64,000 nucleotides of DNA from an uncultured Hyphomicrobiales bacterium. Lineage in GTDB: Bacteria; Pseudomonadota; Alphaproteobacteria; Rhizobiales; Rhizobiaceae. The notes under the pieces are model-generated. The model was not told the DNA's origin. It saw only the letters and a program-made list of their open reading frames with translations, and did not search any database. Positions 19,869-30,105 of this stretch are shown here, one piece after another. The DNA lies in contig CALTTH010000003.1 in the NCBI GenBank assembly GCA_943908365.1, forward strand, positions 16,875 through 80,874, read 5' to 3'. The translations under genes were made by a program, and so were the position numbers. How positions within the stretch are numbered: position 1 is the stretch's first letter; every line of letters begins with the position of its first letter.

Positions 19869-20615
19869 TTGACCATCGCCGATATTTCCCTCCTCACAGC
19901 GCTTTTCGCCGGTGCTTTGTCGTTCCTGTCTCCCTGTGTGCTGCCGCTCGTGCCGCCCTATCTTTGCTACATGGCGGGTATCTCGGTCGAGCAGTTCAGG
20001 GATGAGCGCTTCGAAGCAAAGCCGCAGGTTCGCAAGGCGGTGCTTATGGCGGCCCTGTTTTTCACGCTAGGCTTCGCCACGGTCTTCGTGGCGCTCGGTG
20101 CCGGTGCGTCCACCATTGGAATGGTGCTGCGCCAAAATCTCGACATTCTTGCCAAGATCGGCGGTCTGATCATCATCCTGATGGGCCTCAATTTCCTCGG
20201 AGTTTTTCGGATTGGCGTCTTCTCCCGCGAGGCGCGTTTCCAAAGCGGCGGCAAACCCGCCACGCTTTCAGGCGCCTATGTTATGGGACTGGCTTTTGCC
20301 TTTGGCTGGACACCTTGCATCGGTCCGGTACTTGGCGCGATCTTGGGTGTTGCGGCCTCGCGCAACACGGTCGGCGAAGGCGCGATGCTGCTTGCCGTCT
20401 ACTCTGCGGGTCTTGCCATCCCATTCTGGATCGCTGCAGCTTTTTCCGGCGGTTTCATGCGCTTTCTCGCTCGTTTCCGCCGCCATCTGGGGCTTGTTGA
20501 GAAAGTCATGGGCGTCCTGCTGATCCTGACCGGTATCGCCTTCATGTCCGGCTTCATCACCCATGTGGCGATCTGGTTTCAGGAGAGCTTTCCAATCCTG
20601 ATGAAAATCGGCTAG
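19869..20615 (+). CDS. ccdA: Cytochrome c-type biogenesis thiol-disulfide transporter CcdA/DsbD-like
   Basis: LSFLSPCVLPLVPPYL conserved Cys motif and a second conserved Cys in a later TM segment; TTG start. Confidence 0.75.
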   Translation: MTIADISLLTALFAGALSFLSPCVLPLVPPYLCYMAGISVEQFRDERFEAKPQVRKAVLMAALFFTLGFATVFVALGAGASTIGMVLRQNLDILAKIGGLIIILMGLNFLGVFRIGVFSREARFQSGGKPATLSGAYVMGLAFAFGWTPCIGPVLGAILGVAASRNTVGEGAMLLAVYSAGLAIPFWIAAAFSGGFMRFLARFRRHLGLVEKVMGVLLILTGIAFMSGFITHVAIWFQESFPILMKIG

Positions 20616-20650
20616 ACCCTCTTGGAGACGACGAGCACGGCGAGGGGGCC

Positions 20651-21595
20651 ATGGCTGAAATCGCCGGATTGCTGTTTCCGTTCTTTGGGCTGATCCTGAT
20701 CGGCTATGTGGCGGCGCGGGTTACGCGCCAGCCCGCCGAAGCGCTCGGTTGGCTGAACACCTTCATCATTTATGCCGCACTTCCGGCACTGTTCTTCAAG
20801 CTCGTTGCTCGCACGCCGGTTGATCAATTGGCGCGGATGGATTTTGTGGTGCTGAGTCTAGCCGCCACCTACACGATCTTTCTTTGCCTCTTCCTGATCG
20901 GCTACTACGTGCGGCGCAACGGTTTTGCCGATTGCACAATCCAGAGCTTTGCCGGGGCCTACGGCAACATCGGTTATATGGGGCCAGGGCTGGCGCTGCT
21001 GGCGCTCGGCGAGCGCGCTGCCGTTCCCGTCGCATTGATTGTCTGTCTGGAAAACGCCGCGCATTTCGTTGCCGCACCGGCGCTGATGGCGATTGCTGGC
21101 GGCGACAAAAGGTCCCGTCTGACGCTCGCGGGCGATGTCGCCCGTAAAGTGCTGACGCATCCGTTTATTCTGTCGGTTCTCGTTGGCTTCCTGGCCGCCG
21201 TGTTGTCCTGGCAGCCGCCTCAGCCTGTGCAGCAACTCGTGGATTATCTGGCGCAGTCAGCGGCACCCTGCGCGCTGTTTGCCATGGGCGTGACACTCGC
21301 GCTCCGACCCTTGAAGCGTGTGCCGATGGAGATCAGTTACATCGTGCCGGCAAAGCTGATCATTCATCCGCTGCTGGCTTATGTCCTGATGTCAGCCTTC
21401 GGAAACTTCGATCCAGTCTGGGTATCGACAGCGGTTCTTCTGGCGGCGCTGCCCACTGCGACAAACGTCTTCGTCATCGGCCAGCACTACCAGGTTTGGC
21501 AGGAGCGGGCGTCGGCGACGATCCTCATCTCTACTGTGCTTTCCGTCTTTACGGTCACGCTCGTGCTTTATTTTATTCGCGCAACGAGCGTCTAA
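20651..21595 (+). CDS. AEC (auxin efflux carrier) family membrane transporter
   Basis: Ten-TM pattern with a GAGGGGG RBS; 314 aa. Confidence 0.65.
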   Translation: MAEIAGLLFPFFGLILIGYVAARVTRQPAEALGWLNTFIIYAALPALFFKLVARTPVDQLARMDFVVLSLAATYTIFLCLFLIGYYVRRNGFADCTIQSFAGAYGNIGYMGPGLALLALGERAAVPVALIVCLENAAHFVAAPALMAIAGGDKRSRLTLAGDVARKVLTHPFILSVLVGFLAAVLSWQPPQPVQQLVDYLAQSAAPCALFAMGVTLALRPLKRVPMEISYIVPAKLIIHPLLAYVLMSAFGNFDPVWVSTAVLLAALPTATNVFVIGQHYQVWQERASATILISTVLSVFTVTLVLYFIRATSV

Positions 21596-22787
21596 GGCTC
21601 CCGACGATCAGTGAGGGAAGCGCCTTGATGCCACGGCCAGGTTCGATGCCCTCGCGCATTACAAGACCACTAAGTGGCCCTACATTGCCGAGAACATGAA
21701 GGCCCGCCGCACGGGCCATCTGCATCGGCAGCATACCGGAGAGGAGCGACCGGTTGAGAAGATCGACACTCAGCGTGCGGCTGAAAACGTCCGCACGGCG
21801 ACGACGATCAAATGTCGCGCCGGCATCTGCCGGGATCGCGCCACCGGTCAATGTGCCGAGCATGTCGGTCAAGACGATGATGTCGCGAAGGCTGAGATTG
21901 AGACCCTGCGCGCCGATTGGCGGAAAGCCGTGCCCCGCCTCGCCAATGAGCGCGACGCGTCCCTTGCCGAAGGCGCGGGCCGTCATGCTGGAAAGCGGCC
22001 ATGTCTGCACGCCATCTTCGACGGAAACCTTGCCGAGCATGGACTGCATGCGTTCCTCTACGCGCGCGCTTAACGCTTCCAGCGGCAAGGCTGCAAGTTC
22101 GGCCGCCTGCTCTGGTTTGACGACCCAGACAAGGCTGGAGCGATCGCCGGGTAGCGGAACCTGGGTGAAGGGTCCGGTCGGCGTATGAAACTCTGTTGAG
22201 ATGTTGCCATGCGGGCGGGTGTGCGAGAAATTAAGAACGACGGCAGTCTGCGGATAGGACCAACTGCGAACTCCGATCCCTGCCGCCTCGCGAACCTTGG
22301 AATGTCTGCCATCCGCGCCGATGACAAAGCTGCTCGAAACCGTCTCCCCGTTCGTCAGCATGAGTGAGACCTCATGAGGTCCGACTTCCACAGCATCGAC
22401 ACTCGCATCGACGAGGGTGATGTTGTTCTCCTGCGCAACAGCTTGCGAAAGAACGCTGAGCAGTGCGCTATTCGGCATATTCCACCCAAAGGCGGCAAGC
22501 CCGATCTCCGACGAGCGGAAGGCGACCGTCGGCGCGCGTAGCAAACGGTCCGTGCCATCGATGATCTGCATCGTAGAGAGCCGCGCAGCGGATGGTTCGA
22601 TTTTGGACCAAACGCCAAGCCGATCGAGAAAGCGGATGGACTGATCCATCAGAGCCGTCGTGCGGCGATCGGTCCTGTCGGTTTGGGGCGCTATGAGCGC
22701 GACGTTCCGGCCAGCGCGTGCAATGGCAAGAGCTGCGATTTGTCCTGCAAGTCCAGCGCCGACAACGGCAACTTCGAAGTTCTTCAT
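21573..22787 (-). CDS. FAD-dependent monooxygenase, UbiH/UbiF/VisC family
   Basis: FAD-binding N-terminus VAVVGAGLAGQIAALAIARAG. Start moved to MKNFEV. Confidence 0.75.
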   Translation of the reverse strand: MKNFEVAVVGAGLAGQIAALAIARAGRNVALIAPQTDRTDRRTTALMDQSIRFLDRLGVWSKIEPSAARLSTMQIIDGTDRLLRAPTVAFRSSEIGLAAFGWNMPNSALLSVLSQAVAQENNITLVDASVDAVEVGPHEVSLMLTNGETVSSSFVIGADGRHSKVREAAGIGVRSWSYPQTAVVLNFSHTRPHGNISTEFHTPTGPFTQVPLPGDRSSLVWVVKPEQAAELAALPLEALSARVEERMQSMLGKVSVEDGVQTWPLSSMTARAFGKGRVALIGEAGHGFPPIGAQGLNLSLRDIIVLTDMLGTLTGGAIPADAGATFDRRRRADVFSRTLSVDLLNRSLLSGMLPMQMARAAGLHVLGNVGPLSGLVMREGIEPGRGIKALPSLIVGSLRRSLRE

Positions 22788-22994
22788 CGTCCTGTTCCAT
22801 TCCTGCAGTCGAGGCTCAACACATAGTGGCTTTGCGCCGTCGAATCCAGAAGCCATCTGGTCAGAGATCGCCATATCGGCGCAACCGGATGCTGATTAAG
22901 TTCGAGGATAAGCATTCCCGCATGGTTGCAAAGAGCGGTGAATGGTCGCATATCGGATAAAGAGAACGAATAAGAGCGGGGCCGTTACGCTGTC

Positions 22995-23726
22995 ATGAAG
23001 ATCTTCAACTACAGACGCGTACCCTATGCCGAAATCCGGGCGTTCTCCGTTCACATCCTCACAGCCTCAGGTTCCTTTCTTGCATTTCTTGGTGTCGTTG
23101 CCGCTGCTGAACATCGTTTTGTCGATATGTTCTGGTGGCTCGGCCTCGCGCTTCTCGTCGATGGCATCGACGGGCCAATCGCCCGCAAGGTTCAGGTCAA
23201 GGAAGTCTTGCCCAACTGGTCCGGTGATACGCTGGATAACATTATCGATTACGTCACCTATGTGCTGCTTCCTGCCTTTGCTCTCTATCAGAGTGGCATG
23301 ATCGGGGAGCCCTGGTCCTTCGTCGCCGCCGGCATGATCGTGGTCTCCAGTGCGATCTATTACGCCGATATGGGCATGAAAACCGATGAGTACTTCTTTT
23401 CGGGCTTCCCGGTCGTCTGGAACATGGTGGTGTTCACGCTCTTCGTCATCGATGCCAGCGCCACCACGGCCATGATCATCGTGACGGTGTCGGTGATTCT
23501 GACGTTCCTGCCGATCAACTTCCTGCATCCCGTTAGGGTCAAGCGGCTCCGGTGGCTGAACATGGCTGTCTTCCTGCTCTGGTGCGTGCTGAGCGGATAC
23601 TCGCTTCTGTTGCATTTTCAGTCGCCTGACTGGCTTATTGCCGGGGTCGTCATAACGGGCATTTACCTCTATTGCATCGGCGGTATCATGCAGTTTGCTC
23701 CCTCCCTCGGGGCGAAAACCCGCTGA
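22995..23726 (+). CDS. pcs: Phosphatidylcholine synthase (CDP-alcohol phosphatidyltransferase family)
   Basis: CDP-OH phosphatidyltransferase motif DGIDGPIARK...GDTLDNIID and an eight-TM layout; 243 aa, matching the known size of rhizobial Pcs. Confidence 0.7.
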   Translation: MKIFNYRRVPYAEIRAFSVHILTASGSFLAFLGVVAAAEHRFVDMFWWLGLALLVDGIDGPIARKVQVKEVLPNWSGDTLDNIIDYVTYVLLPAFALYQSGMIGEPWSFVAAGMIVVSSAIYYADMGMKTDEYFFSGFPVVWNMVVFTLFVIDASATTAMIIVTVSVILTFLPINFLHPVRVKRLRWLNMAVFLLWCVLSGYSLLLHFQSPDWLIAGVVITGIYLYCIGGIMQFAPSLGAKTR

Positions 23727-23892
23727 GAAAAACAGTGGTTCAAAAGCATGTTTGGATCGTTGTTTTTCAGTTGTACAGCGTCACAAAAAAGGATTTAGTA
23801 CGCATAAAGAGCAGTGCTCAATTTTAGTGCAAGGGTGTCGATCCGCTCGTTAAGCCTCATAGAAGTGCGGCGATCGGTGAAAAGGGGAACAG

Positions 23893-25482
23893 GTGACGGA
23901 AACGGTTGCGTCTGGGGCTTTGCCCCTCTTGTCCGTGCGCCAGCTGACCAAGCTGTTTGGAACATTCGCCGCATGCAATGCGATCGATCTCGATATTGCA
24001 CCTGGCGAGATTCACGCTCTTCTCGGTGAGAACGGTGCCGGAAAATCCACCCTCGTCAAAATGCTCTTTGGCGTGCTGGAACCCTCCAGCGGTGAGATCG
24101 TCTGGAACGGAAATTCTGTGCGGATCGGTTCGCCGCGAGAAGCCCGCAAGCTGGGCATCGGCATGGTATTCCAGCATTTCTCCCTTTTCGAGGCGCTGAC
24201 CGTCGCTGAAAACATTGCACTCTCGCTCGATCCCAAGATTTCTCTGAAGGAAATTGCGCGGGAAGCTGAAACACTCTCCAAGGCCTACGGCCTGCCGCTC
24301 GACCCTTACGCCCACGTTGCCGATCTTTCGGTGGGCGAGCGCCAGCGCATCGAGATCGTTCGCGCTCTTTTGCAGAACCCAAAGCTTATCATTCTGGATG
24401 AACCGACCTCCGTGCTGACGCCGCAGGAAGCGGACCGCCTGTTCGAAACGCTGGAGAAGCTGAAAGCAGAGGGCCGGTCGGTGCTTTATATCAGCCATCG
24501 TCTGGAAGAGGTGCAGCGCATCTGCGATCGCGCCACTGTGTTGCGCCACGGCAAAGTGACTGGGGCCTGCGACCCGCGCCAGGAAACGCCCGCCTCTCTG
24601 GCGCGCATGATGGTCGGTTCCGATGTCGCTGGCATTCAGCGCGACGACGAATGCACCATCGGTGACGTGGCCGTTGAAATCATCGGCCTTTCTGTTCCGG
24701 CACGCACGCCCTTTGCTGTGTCGCTCAAGAATATCGCCATGAAGGTGCGCGCAGGCGAGGTTCTGACCATCGCAGGTATTGCAGGCAACGGGCAGGGCGA
24801 GTTGTTCGATGCGCTGTCCGGTGAATATCCCGTCTCGAAGGACGACGCGATCTTCCTGCGCGGCAAGCCCGTCGGTCACATGGGCATCAATGGCCGCCGG
24901 TTGCTAGGGGCAGGCTTCGTCCCGGAAGAGCGCCATGGCCATGCAGCCGTGCCGAGTATGAGCCTCTCTGATAATCTTCTCCTGGCGCGCTGTCGATCCG
25001 ACAAGAAGGCATTCTTAAGCGGCGGTTTCCTGAAAGTCGTCCGTCATTCGGTGATCAAGAACGCCGCCAAACGCATCTCCGAACACATGGATGTGCGCAA
25101 GAGCGGCGAAGACCCGCTCGCCGGTTCGCTCTCCGGCGGCAATCTTCAGAAATTCATCGTCGGTCGGGAGCTCGATCGACAGCCATCGGTTCTCGTCGTC
25201 AATCAGCCGACATGGGGCGTGGATGCGGGGGCGGCAAGCCGTATTCGCCAGGCACTCGTGGACATGGCGAAGGCCGGATCGGCGGTCATCGTGATCAGCC
25301 AGGATCTCGACGAGATCTTCGAGGTTGCGTCAAGCATTGCCGTTATTTCCGACGGTCAACTGTCCAGCGCCTATCCGGCAAAGGAGATGACGCGTGAGAA
25401 GATCGGCCTGTTAATGGGTGGCGTTCACGCAGGAAGCACAGGGCAGGCAGGGCATACGGAGCAGGTCGTTCATGCGCATTGA
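23893..25482 (+). CDS. ABC transporter ATP-binding protein with duplicated NBDs (BMP/nucleoside type)
   Basis: Two Walker A motifs (GENGAGKST; GIAGNGQGE), LSGGNLQKF signatures and two Walker B motifs. Confidence 0.85.
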   Translation: MTETVASGALPLLSVRQLTKLFGTFAACNAIDLDIAPGEIHALLGENGAGKSTLVKMLFGVLEPSSGEIVWNGNSVRIGSPREARKLGIGMVFQHFSLFEALTVAENIALSLDPKISLKEIAREAETLSKAYGLPLDPYAHVADLSVGERQRIEIVRALLQNPKLIILDEPTSVLTPQEADRLFETLEKLKAEGRSVLYISHRLEEVQRICDRATVLRHGKVTGACDPRQETPASLARMMVGSDVAGIQRDDECTIGDVAVEIIGLSVPARTPFAVSLKNIAMKVRAGEVLTIAGIAGNGQGELFDALSGEYPVSKDDAIFLRGKPVGHMGINGRRLLGAGFVPEERHGHAAVPSMSLSDNLLLARCRSDKKAFLSGGFLKVVRHSVIKNAAKRISEHMDVRKSGEDPLAGSLSGGNLQKFIVGRELDRQPSVLVVNQPTWGVDAGAASRIRQALVDMAKAGSAVIVISQDLDEIFEVASSIAVISDGQLSSAYPAKEMTREKIGLLMGGVHAGSTGQAGHTEQVVHAH

Positions 25483-26560
25483 ACTGGAAAAACGCGCAGG
25501 GGTCTCCAAGCTCTTTGCCATTCTCTCGCCGCTCCTGGCTCTGGTGCTAACGCTTATCGTCGGTGCCATCATCTTCGCAGCGCTTGGCAAAGAGCCCATC
25601 GGCGCGCTCTACAGCTTCTTCATCGAGCCGTTGCTGGAAGTCTGGTCCTTGCATGAACTCGCGGTCAAGGCAGCGCCGCTGATCCTGATCGCGGTCGGGC
25701 TTGCCATTTGTTATCGGTCGAACAACTGGAATATCGGCGCGGAAGGTCAGTTCACCATCGGCGCAATCACCGGCTCCATCCTGCCTGTGCTGAACCCCGA
25801 TTGGCAGTCGCCGATGATCCTGCCGCTGATGCTTGTCATGGGGGCCGCAGGCGGCGCGCTTTACGCAGGTATTCCAGCGCTTTTGAAGACGCGGTTCAAC
25901 ACCAATGAGATCCTGACCAGCCTCATGCTGGTCTATGTCGCGCAGCTCTTTCTCGACTGGCTGGTGCGCGGCGCCTGGCGCGATCCGCAGGGCTACAACT
26001 TCCCGCAGACCAAGCCTTTCAACGAAAGCGCCGTCTTGCCTGAGCTACTGGATTCGGGGCGTGCCCATTGGGGCGTCGTCTTCGCGCTCGTCGCCGCCGT
26101 CGCGCTCTGGTTCATGATGCGCTACATGCTGAAGGGCTTCGAGGTGACCGTGCTCGGCCAATCGGCGCGGGCAGGGCGCTTTGCCGGTTTTTCCTCTCGC
26201 GGGATGGTGTGGTTTTCGCTGCTTCTGTCCGGCGCACTGGCAGGCCTTGCCGGAATTTCGGAAGTTTCCGGCTCCATCGGCCATTTGCAGCCCTCGATTT
26301 CGCCGGGCTACGGCTTCACCGCCATCATTGTTGCCTTTCTCGGCAGACTGAACCCACTCGGCATCATTGCCTCAGGGCTGGTTCTCTCGCTGACTTATCT
26401 TGGCGGTGAGGCGGTGCAGATGTCGCTGCAGATTTCAGACAAGGTCGTGCGGGTCTTCCAGGGACTGCTGCTCTTCTTCGTTCTGTCTTGCGATACGCTG
26501 ATCCTCTACAAAATCCGCATCCGCTGGTCGCGCAGCGCTGCCCGTGAAGGAGCCGCATGA
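25472..26560 (+). CDS. ABC transporter permease, BMP-type, first
   Basis: Polytopic membrane protein. Start moved to MRIELEK; overlaps the ATPase stop by 11 nt. Confidence 0.75.
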   Translation: MRIELEKRAGVSKLFAILSPLLALVLTLIVGAIIFAALGKEPIGALYSFFIEPLLEVWSLHELAVKAAPLILIAVGLAICYRSNNWNIGAEGQFTIGAITGSILPVLNPDWQSPMILPLMLVMGAAGGALYAGIPALLKTRFNTNEILTSLMLVYVAQLFLDWLVRGAWRDPQGYNFPQTKPFNESAVLPELLDSGRAHWGVVFALVAAVALWFMMRYMLKGFEVTVLGQSARAGRFAGFSSRGMVWFSLLLSGALAGLAGISEVSGSIGHLQPSISPGYGFTAIIVAFLGRLNPLGIIASGLVLSLTYLGGEAVQMSLQISDKVVRVFQGLLLFFVLSCDTLILYKIRIRWSRSAAREGAA

Positions 26561-27480
26561 TGGATATGTTTCAGGCGATCCTTCTCACCGTCATTACCGC
26601 TGCAACGCCGCTGGTCATCGCTGCGCTTGGTGAACTCGTCACCGAGCGCGCCGGCGTCCTCAACCTCGGTGTCGAAGGCATGATCGTCATTGGTGCGGTC
26701 TGCGCCTTCGCCGCCGCACATCTGAGTGGTTCGCCCTATATCGGCATTCTCGCCGGGATCGCGGCGGGTGCGCTGTTCTCGCTGCTCTTCGGTTTCCTGA
26801 CGCTCACGCTGGTCACCAACCAGGTGGCGACCGGTCTAGCGCTCACCATTCTAGGTCTTGGCGTCTCCGGCATGTTGGGAGAAAGCTTCGTCGGCGTTCC
26901 CGGCGTCAAGCTGCCGAACATCGTTTTTCCCGTGCTTTCGGATATTCCGTTTATCGGGCCGATTCTCTTCCGCCAGGATCTGATCTTCTACATCTCGATT
27001 GCGCTCGTCTTTGGTATCAGCTGGTTCCTGTTCAAAAGCCGCACCGGGCTAAAAATCCGCGCGATCGGTGACAGCCATTCGTCAGCCCATGCGCTAGGCA
27101 TCAACGTCATCCGCACGCGCTATTTCGCTGTGATGTTTGGCGGCGCCTGTGCGGGTCTTGCGGGCGCGCAACTCTCGCTGGTCTACACGCCGCAATGGGT
27201 GGAAAACATGTCTGCCGGTCGTGGCTGGATTGCGCTGGCACTCGTCGTCTTCGCATCCTGGCGGCCATGGCGGGTGCTGGCGGGCGGCTATCTCTTCGGC
27301 GCAGTGACGATCGGCCAGTTGCATGCGCAGGCCTTCGGCATTGGTGTGCCATCACAGCTACTTTCAGCGCTTCCTTATGTAGCAACTATTGTGGTGTTGA
27401 TTATCATCTCCCATAATCGGCGCACGACGCTGATCAATACACCGGCATCGCTCGGCAAACCTTTCGTGCCGGATCGCTAA
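26557..27480 (+). CDS. ABC transporter permease, BMP-type, second
   Basis: Polytopic membrane protein; ATGA start/stop overlap with the upstream permease. Confidence 0.75.
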   Translation: MMDMFQAILLTVITAATPLVIAALGELVTERAGVLNLGVEGMIVIGAVCAFAAAHLSGSPYIGILAGIAAGALFSLLFGFLTLTLVTNQVATGLALTILGLGVSGMLGESFVGVPGVKLPNIVFPVLSDIPFIGPILFRQDLIFYISIALVFGISWFLFKSRTGLKIRAIGDSHSSAHALGINVIRTRYFAVMFGGACAGLAGAQLSLVYTPQWVENMSAGRGWIALALVVFASWRPWRVLAGGYLFGAVTIGQLHAQAFGIGVPSQLLSALPYVATIVVLIIISHNRRTTLINTPASLGKPFVPDR

Positions 27481-27517
27481 AAATCCAAAAGTCATGCCTA
27501 ACCAAGCAGGGGTAAAA

Positions 27518-28591
27518 ATGAAAAGACTCATCATCGCATTGGCCGCGTCCGCTGCGGCCATCATCGGCGTCGTTCCCGTAGCGCAAGCTGCCGACGCCAA
27601 GAAAGTCTGCTTCGTCTATGTCGGTACGCGTACGGATGGCGGTTGGACGCAGGCGCATGATATCGGCCGTCAGGAATTGCAGAAGCATTTCGGCGACAAG
27701 ATCGAGACGCCGTTCCTGGAAAGCGTCCCGGAAGGCCCTGATGCCGAACGCGCCATCGAGCGCATGGCCCGTTCCGGCTGCGACCTGATCTTCACCACGT
27801 CGTTTGGCTTCATGGATGCCACGGTCAAGGTCGCGCAGAAGTTCCCCAAGGTGAAGTTCGAACACGCAACCGGTTTCAAGACGGCGGCAAACCTTGCGAC
27901 CTATAACTCTCGTTTCTACGAAGGCCGTTACATTCAGGGCCAGATCGCTGCGAAGATGTCGCAGAAGGGTGTGGCCGGCTACATCGCTTCCTTCCCGATC
28001 CCGGAAGTCGTGATGGGCATCGACGCCTTCCTGCTCGGCGCACGTTCCGTCAATCCGGACTTCAAGGTCAAGGTTGTCTGGGCCAACACCTGGTTCGACC
28101 CCGGCAAGGAAGCCGATGCGGCCAAGGCTCTGATCGACCAGGGCGTCGATATCCTGACGCAGCACACCGACACAACGGCACCTATGCAGGTTGCTGCAGA
28201 GCGCGGTATCAAGGCATTCGGCCAGGCTTCAGACATGATCAAGGCTGGTCCTAACACACAGCTGACCGCGATCGTCGACACCTGGGGCGCCTATTACATC
28301 AAGCGCACACAGGCGCTTCTTGATGGCACCTGGAAGTCGGAGTCGGTTTGGGATGGTCTGAAAGACGGCATCCTGACGATGGCGCCCTACACCAACATGC
28401 CGGACGACGTGAAGAAGATGGCTGAAGACACCGAGGCGAAGATCAAGTCCGGCGAGCTTCACCCCTTCACCGGTCCTGTGAAGAAGCAGGATGGAACGGA
28501 GTGGCTTAAGGCTGGCGAGAAGGCTGAAGACGGCGTTCTGCTCGGTCTTAACTTCTACGTGCAAGGCGTAGACGACAAGCTTCCGCAATAA
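27518..28591 (+). CDS. BMP-family (basic membrane protein) ABC substrate-binding lipoprotein
   Basis: Signal peptide MKRLIIALAASAAAIIGVVPVAQA followed by a PnrA/Med-like fold; AGGGG RBS. Confidence 0.8.
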   Translation: MKRLIIALAASAAAIIGVVPVAQAADAKKVCFVYVGTRTDGGWTQAHDIGRQELQKHFGDKIETPFLESVPEGPDAERAIERMARSGCDLIFTTSFGFMDATVKVAQKFPKVKFEHATGFKTAANLATYNSRFYEGRYIQGQIAAKMSQKGVAGYIASFPIPEVVMGIDAFLLGARSVNPDFKVKVVWANTWFDPGKEADAAKALIDQGVDILTQHTDTTAPMQVAAERGIKAFGQASDMIKAGPNTQLTAIVDTWGAYYIKRTQALLDGTWKSESVWDGLKDGILTMAPYTNMPDDVKKMAEDTEAKIKSGELHPFTGPVKKQDGTEWLKAGEKAEDGVLLGLNFYVQGVDDKLPQ

Positions 28592-28609
28592 GTCGAGAAT
28601 TTTACACGA

Positions 28610-28648
28610 GAAAGGGCGCGCAATCCGTTTTGCGCGCCCTTTCTTATT
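28610..28648 (+). terminator. Rho-independent terminator after the ABC operon
   Basis: GAAAGGGCGCGCA...TGCGCGCCCTTTC stem followed by TTATT. Confidence 0.55.
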
Positions 28649-28663
28649 GCGGCGCAATCCTCG

Positions 28664-28704
28664 AAGCTCATGCCGAAAAAGCAAAAAGCCCGCCGATGGA
28701 GCGA
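28664..28704 (-). terminator. Rho-independent terminator of the 55-aa membrane protein gene
   Basis: AAGCCCGCCG/CGACGGGCTT stem with a T-run on the minus strand. Confidence 0.45.
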
Positions 28705-28762
28705 CGGGCTTTTCCAAGTCTTGACCGCGCATATGGATGCAGCGGATCGGACAAAATCGTTA

Positions 28763-28930
28763 TCAGAAGACTGCGAGATACTTCAGCAGCGAGATAATAC
28801 CGATGATGATCACGATGACCTGAGCGATCTGCTTTGCACTGCCGCCAACCGGCAGGCGAGCGATAAGCCACAGCACCAGTACGATGACCAGAAAGGTGAT
28901 CAGAATGCTGACTAGCGTCGAGGTAACCAT
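28763..28930 (-). CDS. 55-aa hydrophobic small membrane protein
   Basis: GGAG RBS; translation MVTSTLVSILITFLVIVLVLWLIARLPVGGSAKQIAQVIVIIIGIISLLKYLAVF; roughly 70% GC3; followed by its own terminator. Absent from the ORF track because it is under 60 aa. Confidence 0.45.
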   Translation of the reverse strand: MVTSTLVSILITFLVIVLVLWLIARLPVGGSAKQIAQVIVIIIGIISLLKYLAVF

Positions 28931-29162
28931 ATGTCCCAGCTCCTATTTCCGTTTCGATGAACGGCCCGATCACCGTTACGTGAGTAAAAGCCGCAATTTA
29001 GAATTTGGTTCCATTGTGCAAAATGAATTTGCGGGAAATGGAGATTGAGAGCATGTCGCGCAAAATGTCTGCGCGGTCTTTCAATACCAACACGTGACAG
29101 GACACAGATGGAAGCGGTGGAAGCGATTCTGAAAGATCATAACACCGCATAAGGAGGATGGT

Positions 29163-29585
29163 GTGAGCGAGCTACGGGTTAAGAAGCGGGACGTCGGCGC
29201 GACAGCCCTTTTGGGACGCAATGGTCATCCGCACATTGCAACACCGACCGGCGGAAATCTCTCAGTGGTCACGGCCGTTTCGGAGCCTGGCTTCAATCCG
29301 CTCGACCTTCTGTACTCCTCGCTCGCCGCTTGCCTAGCCTTGAGTGCGCGCATTGCCGCAAGCCGCATGGGCGTGCTCAACAGGTTCGAGGCGGTCGAGG
29401 CGAAGGTGACGGGAGAAAAGTCTGAGGGTGAACCCGCCCGCATTCTCCGCTTCGACATGCGGCTGACGATCAGCGGTGATTTTGACGAGGCGACGAAGCA
29501 GGCCATTGCCCATGAAGCGGAGAGAATTTGCACCGTCAGCAATACGCTGCGCGGCGAGGCGGACTTTCATCTGTCTATCGCCTGA
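29163..29585 (+). CDS. OsmC/Ohr-family peroxiredoxin-like protein
   Basis: GFNPLDLLYSSLAACLA motif with the conserved Cys; AAGGAGGA RBS before the GTG start. Confidence 0.7.
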   Translation: MSELRVKKRDVGATALLGRNGHPHIATPTGGNLSVVTAVSEPGFNPLDLLYSSLAACLALSARIAASRMGVLNRFEAVEAKVTGEKSEGEPARILRFDMRLTISGDFDEATKQAIAHEAERICTVSNTLRGEADFHLSIA

Positions 29586-29613
29586 TACCGTTCCGAACTG
29601 CGCTGGCCATTAA

Positions 29614-30105
29614 TCAGCGCTGCATCTTTTCCCATTTGCGGATCAGCCGGTCGCGCTTGAGCTTCGATAGGCGCTTGATCCAGAAGATGCCGTCGAGCTG
29701 ATCGGTCTCATGCTGAATGCAGACGGCGTGAAAACCATCCGCGATCTCCTCCTGCTCAGCGCCCGTCAAATCCTGAAACCGCAACGTCACCCGCCGGGGA
29801 CGTTCCAGTTCCTCTGTGACTCCCGGCATGGAAACGCTGCCCTCGATATGGCGCATCGTCTCTGTCGAGATATGGATAATCTCAGGATTGACGTAGGTCA
29901 GGATCTTGCCGGGCTCAAGCTCCAGTACGAAAACCCTCTGAAAGACGCCGATATGTGCCGCCGTGATCCCCACACCAGGTGCTGCGCGCATGGTGTCGAC
30001 AAGGTCCTGCTGCAGGGTGGCGAGATCTGGGCCAAACGTCGCGACCGGCTCGCATGGGGTGGCAAGGGCAGGGGCTGGGTATCGGACGATGGTGCGAACG
30101 GTCAT
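29614..30105 (-). CDS. Peptide-deformylase-like protein with degenerate metal-binding motifs
   Basis: Def fold and length (163 aa). Motif I reads GVGITAAHIG (Q changed to H), motif II reads EGSVS instead of EGCLS (Cys ligand lost), and motif III reads QHETDQ instead of HExxH (second His lost). Confidence 0.6.
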   Translation of the reverse strand: MTVRTIVRYPAPALATPCEPVATFGPDLATLQQDLVDTMRAAPGVGITAAHIGVFQRVFVLELEPGKILTYVNPEIIHISTETMRHIEGSVSMPGVTEELERPRRVTLRFQDLTGAEQEEIADGFHAVCIQHETDQLDGIFWIKRLSKLKRDRLIRKWEKMQR

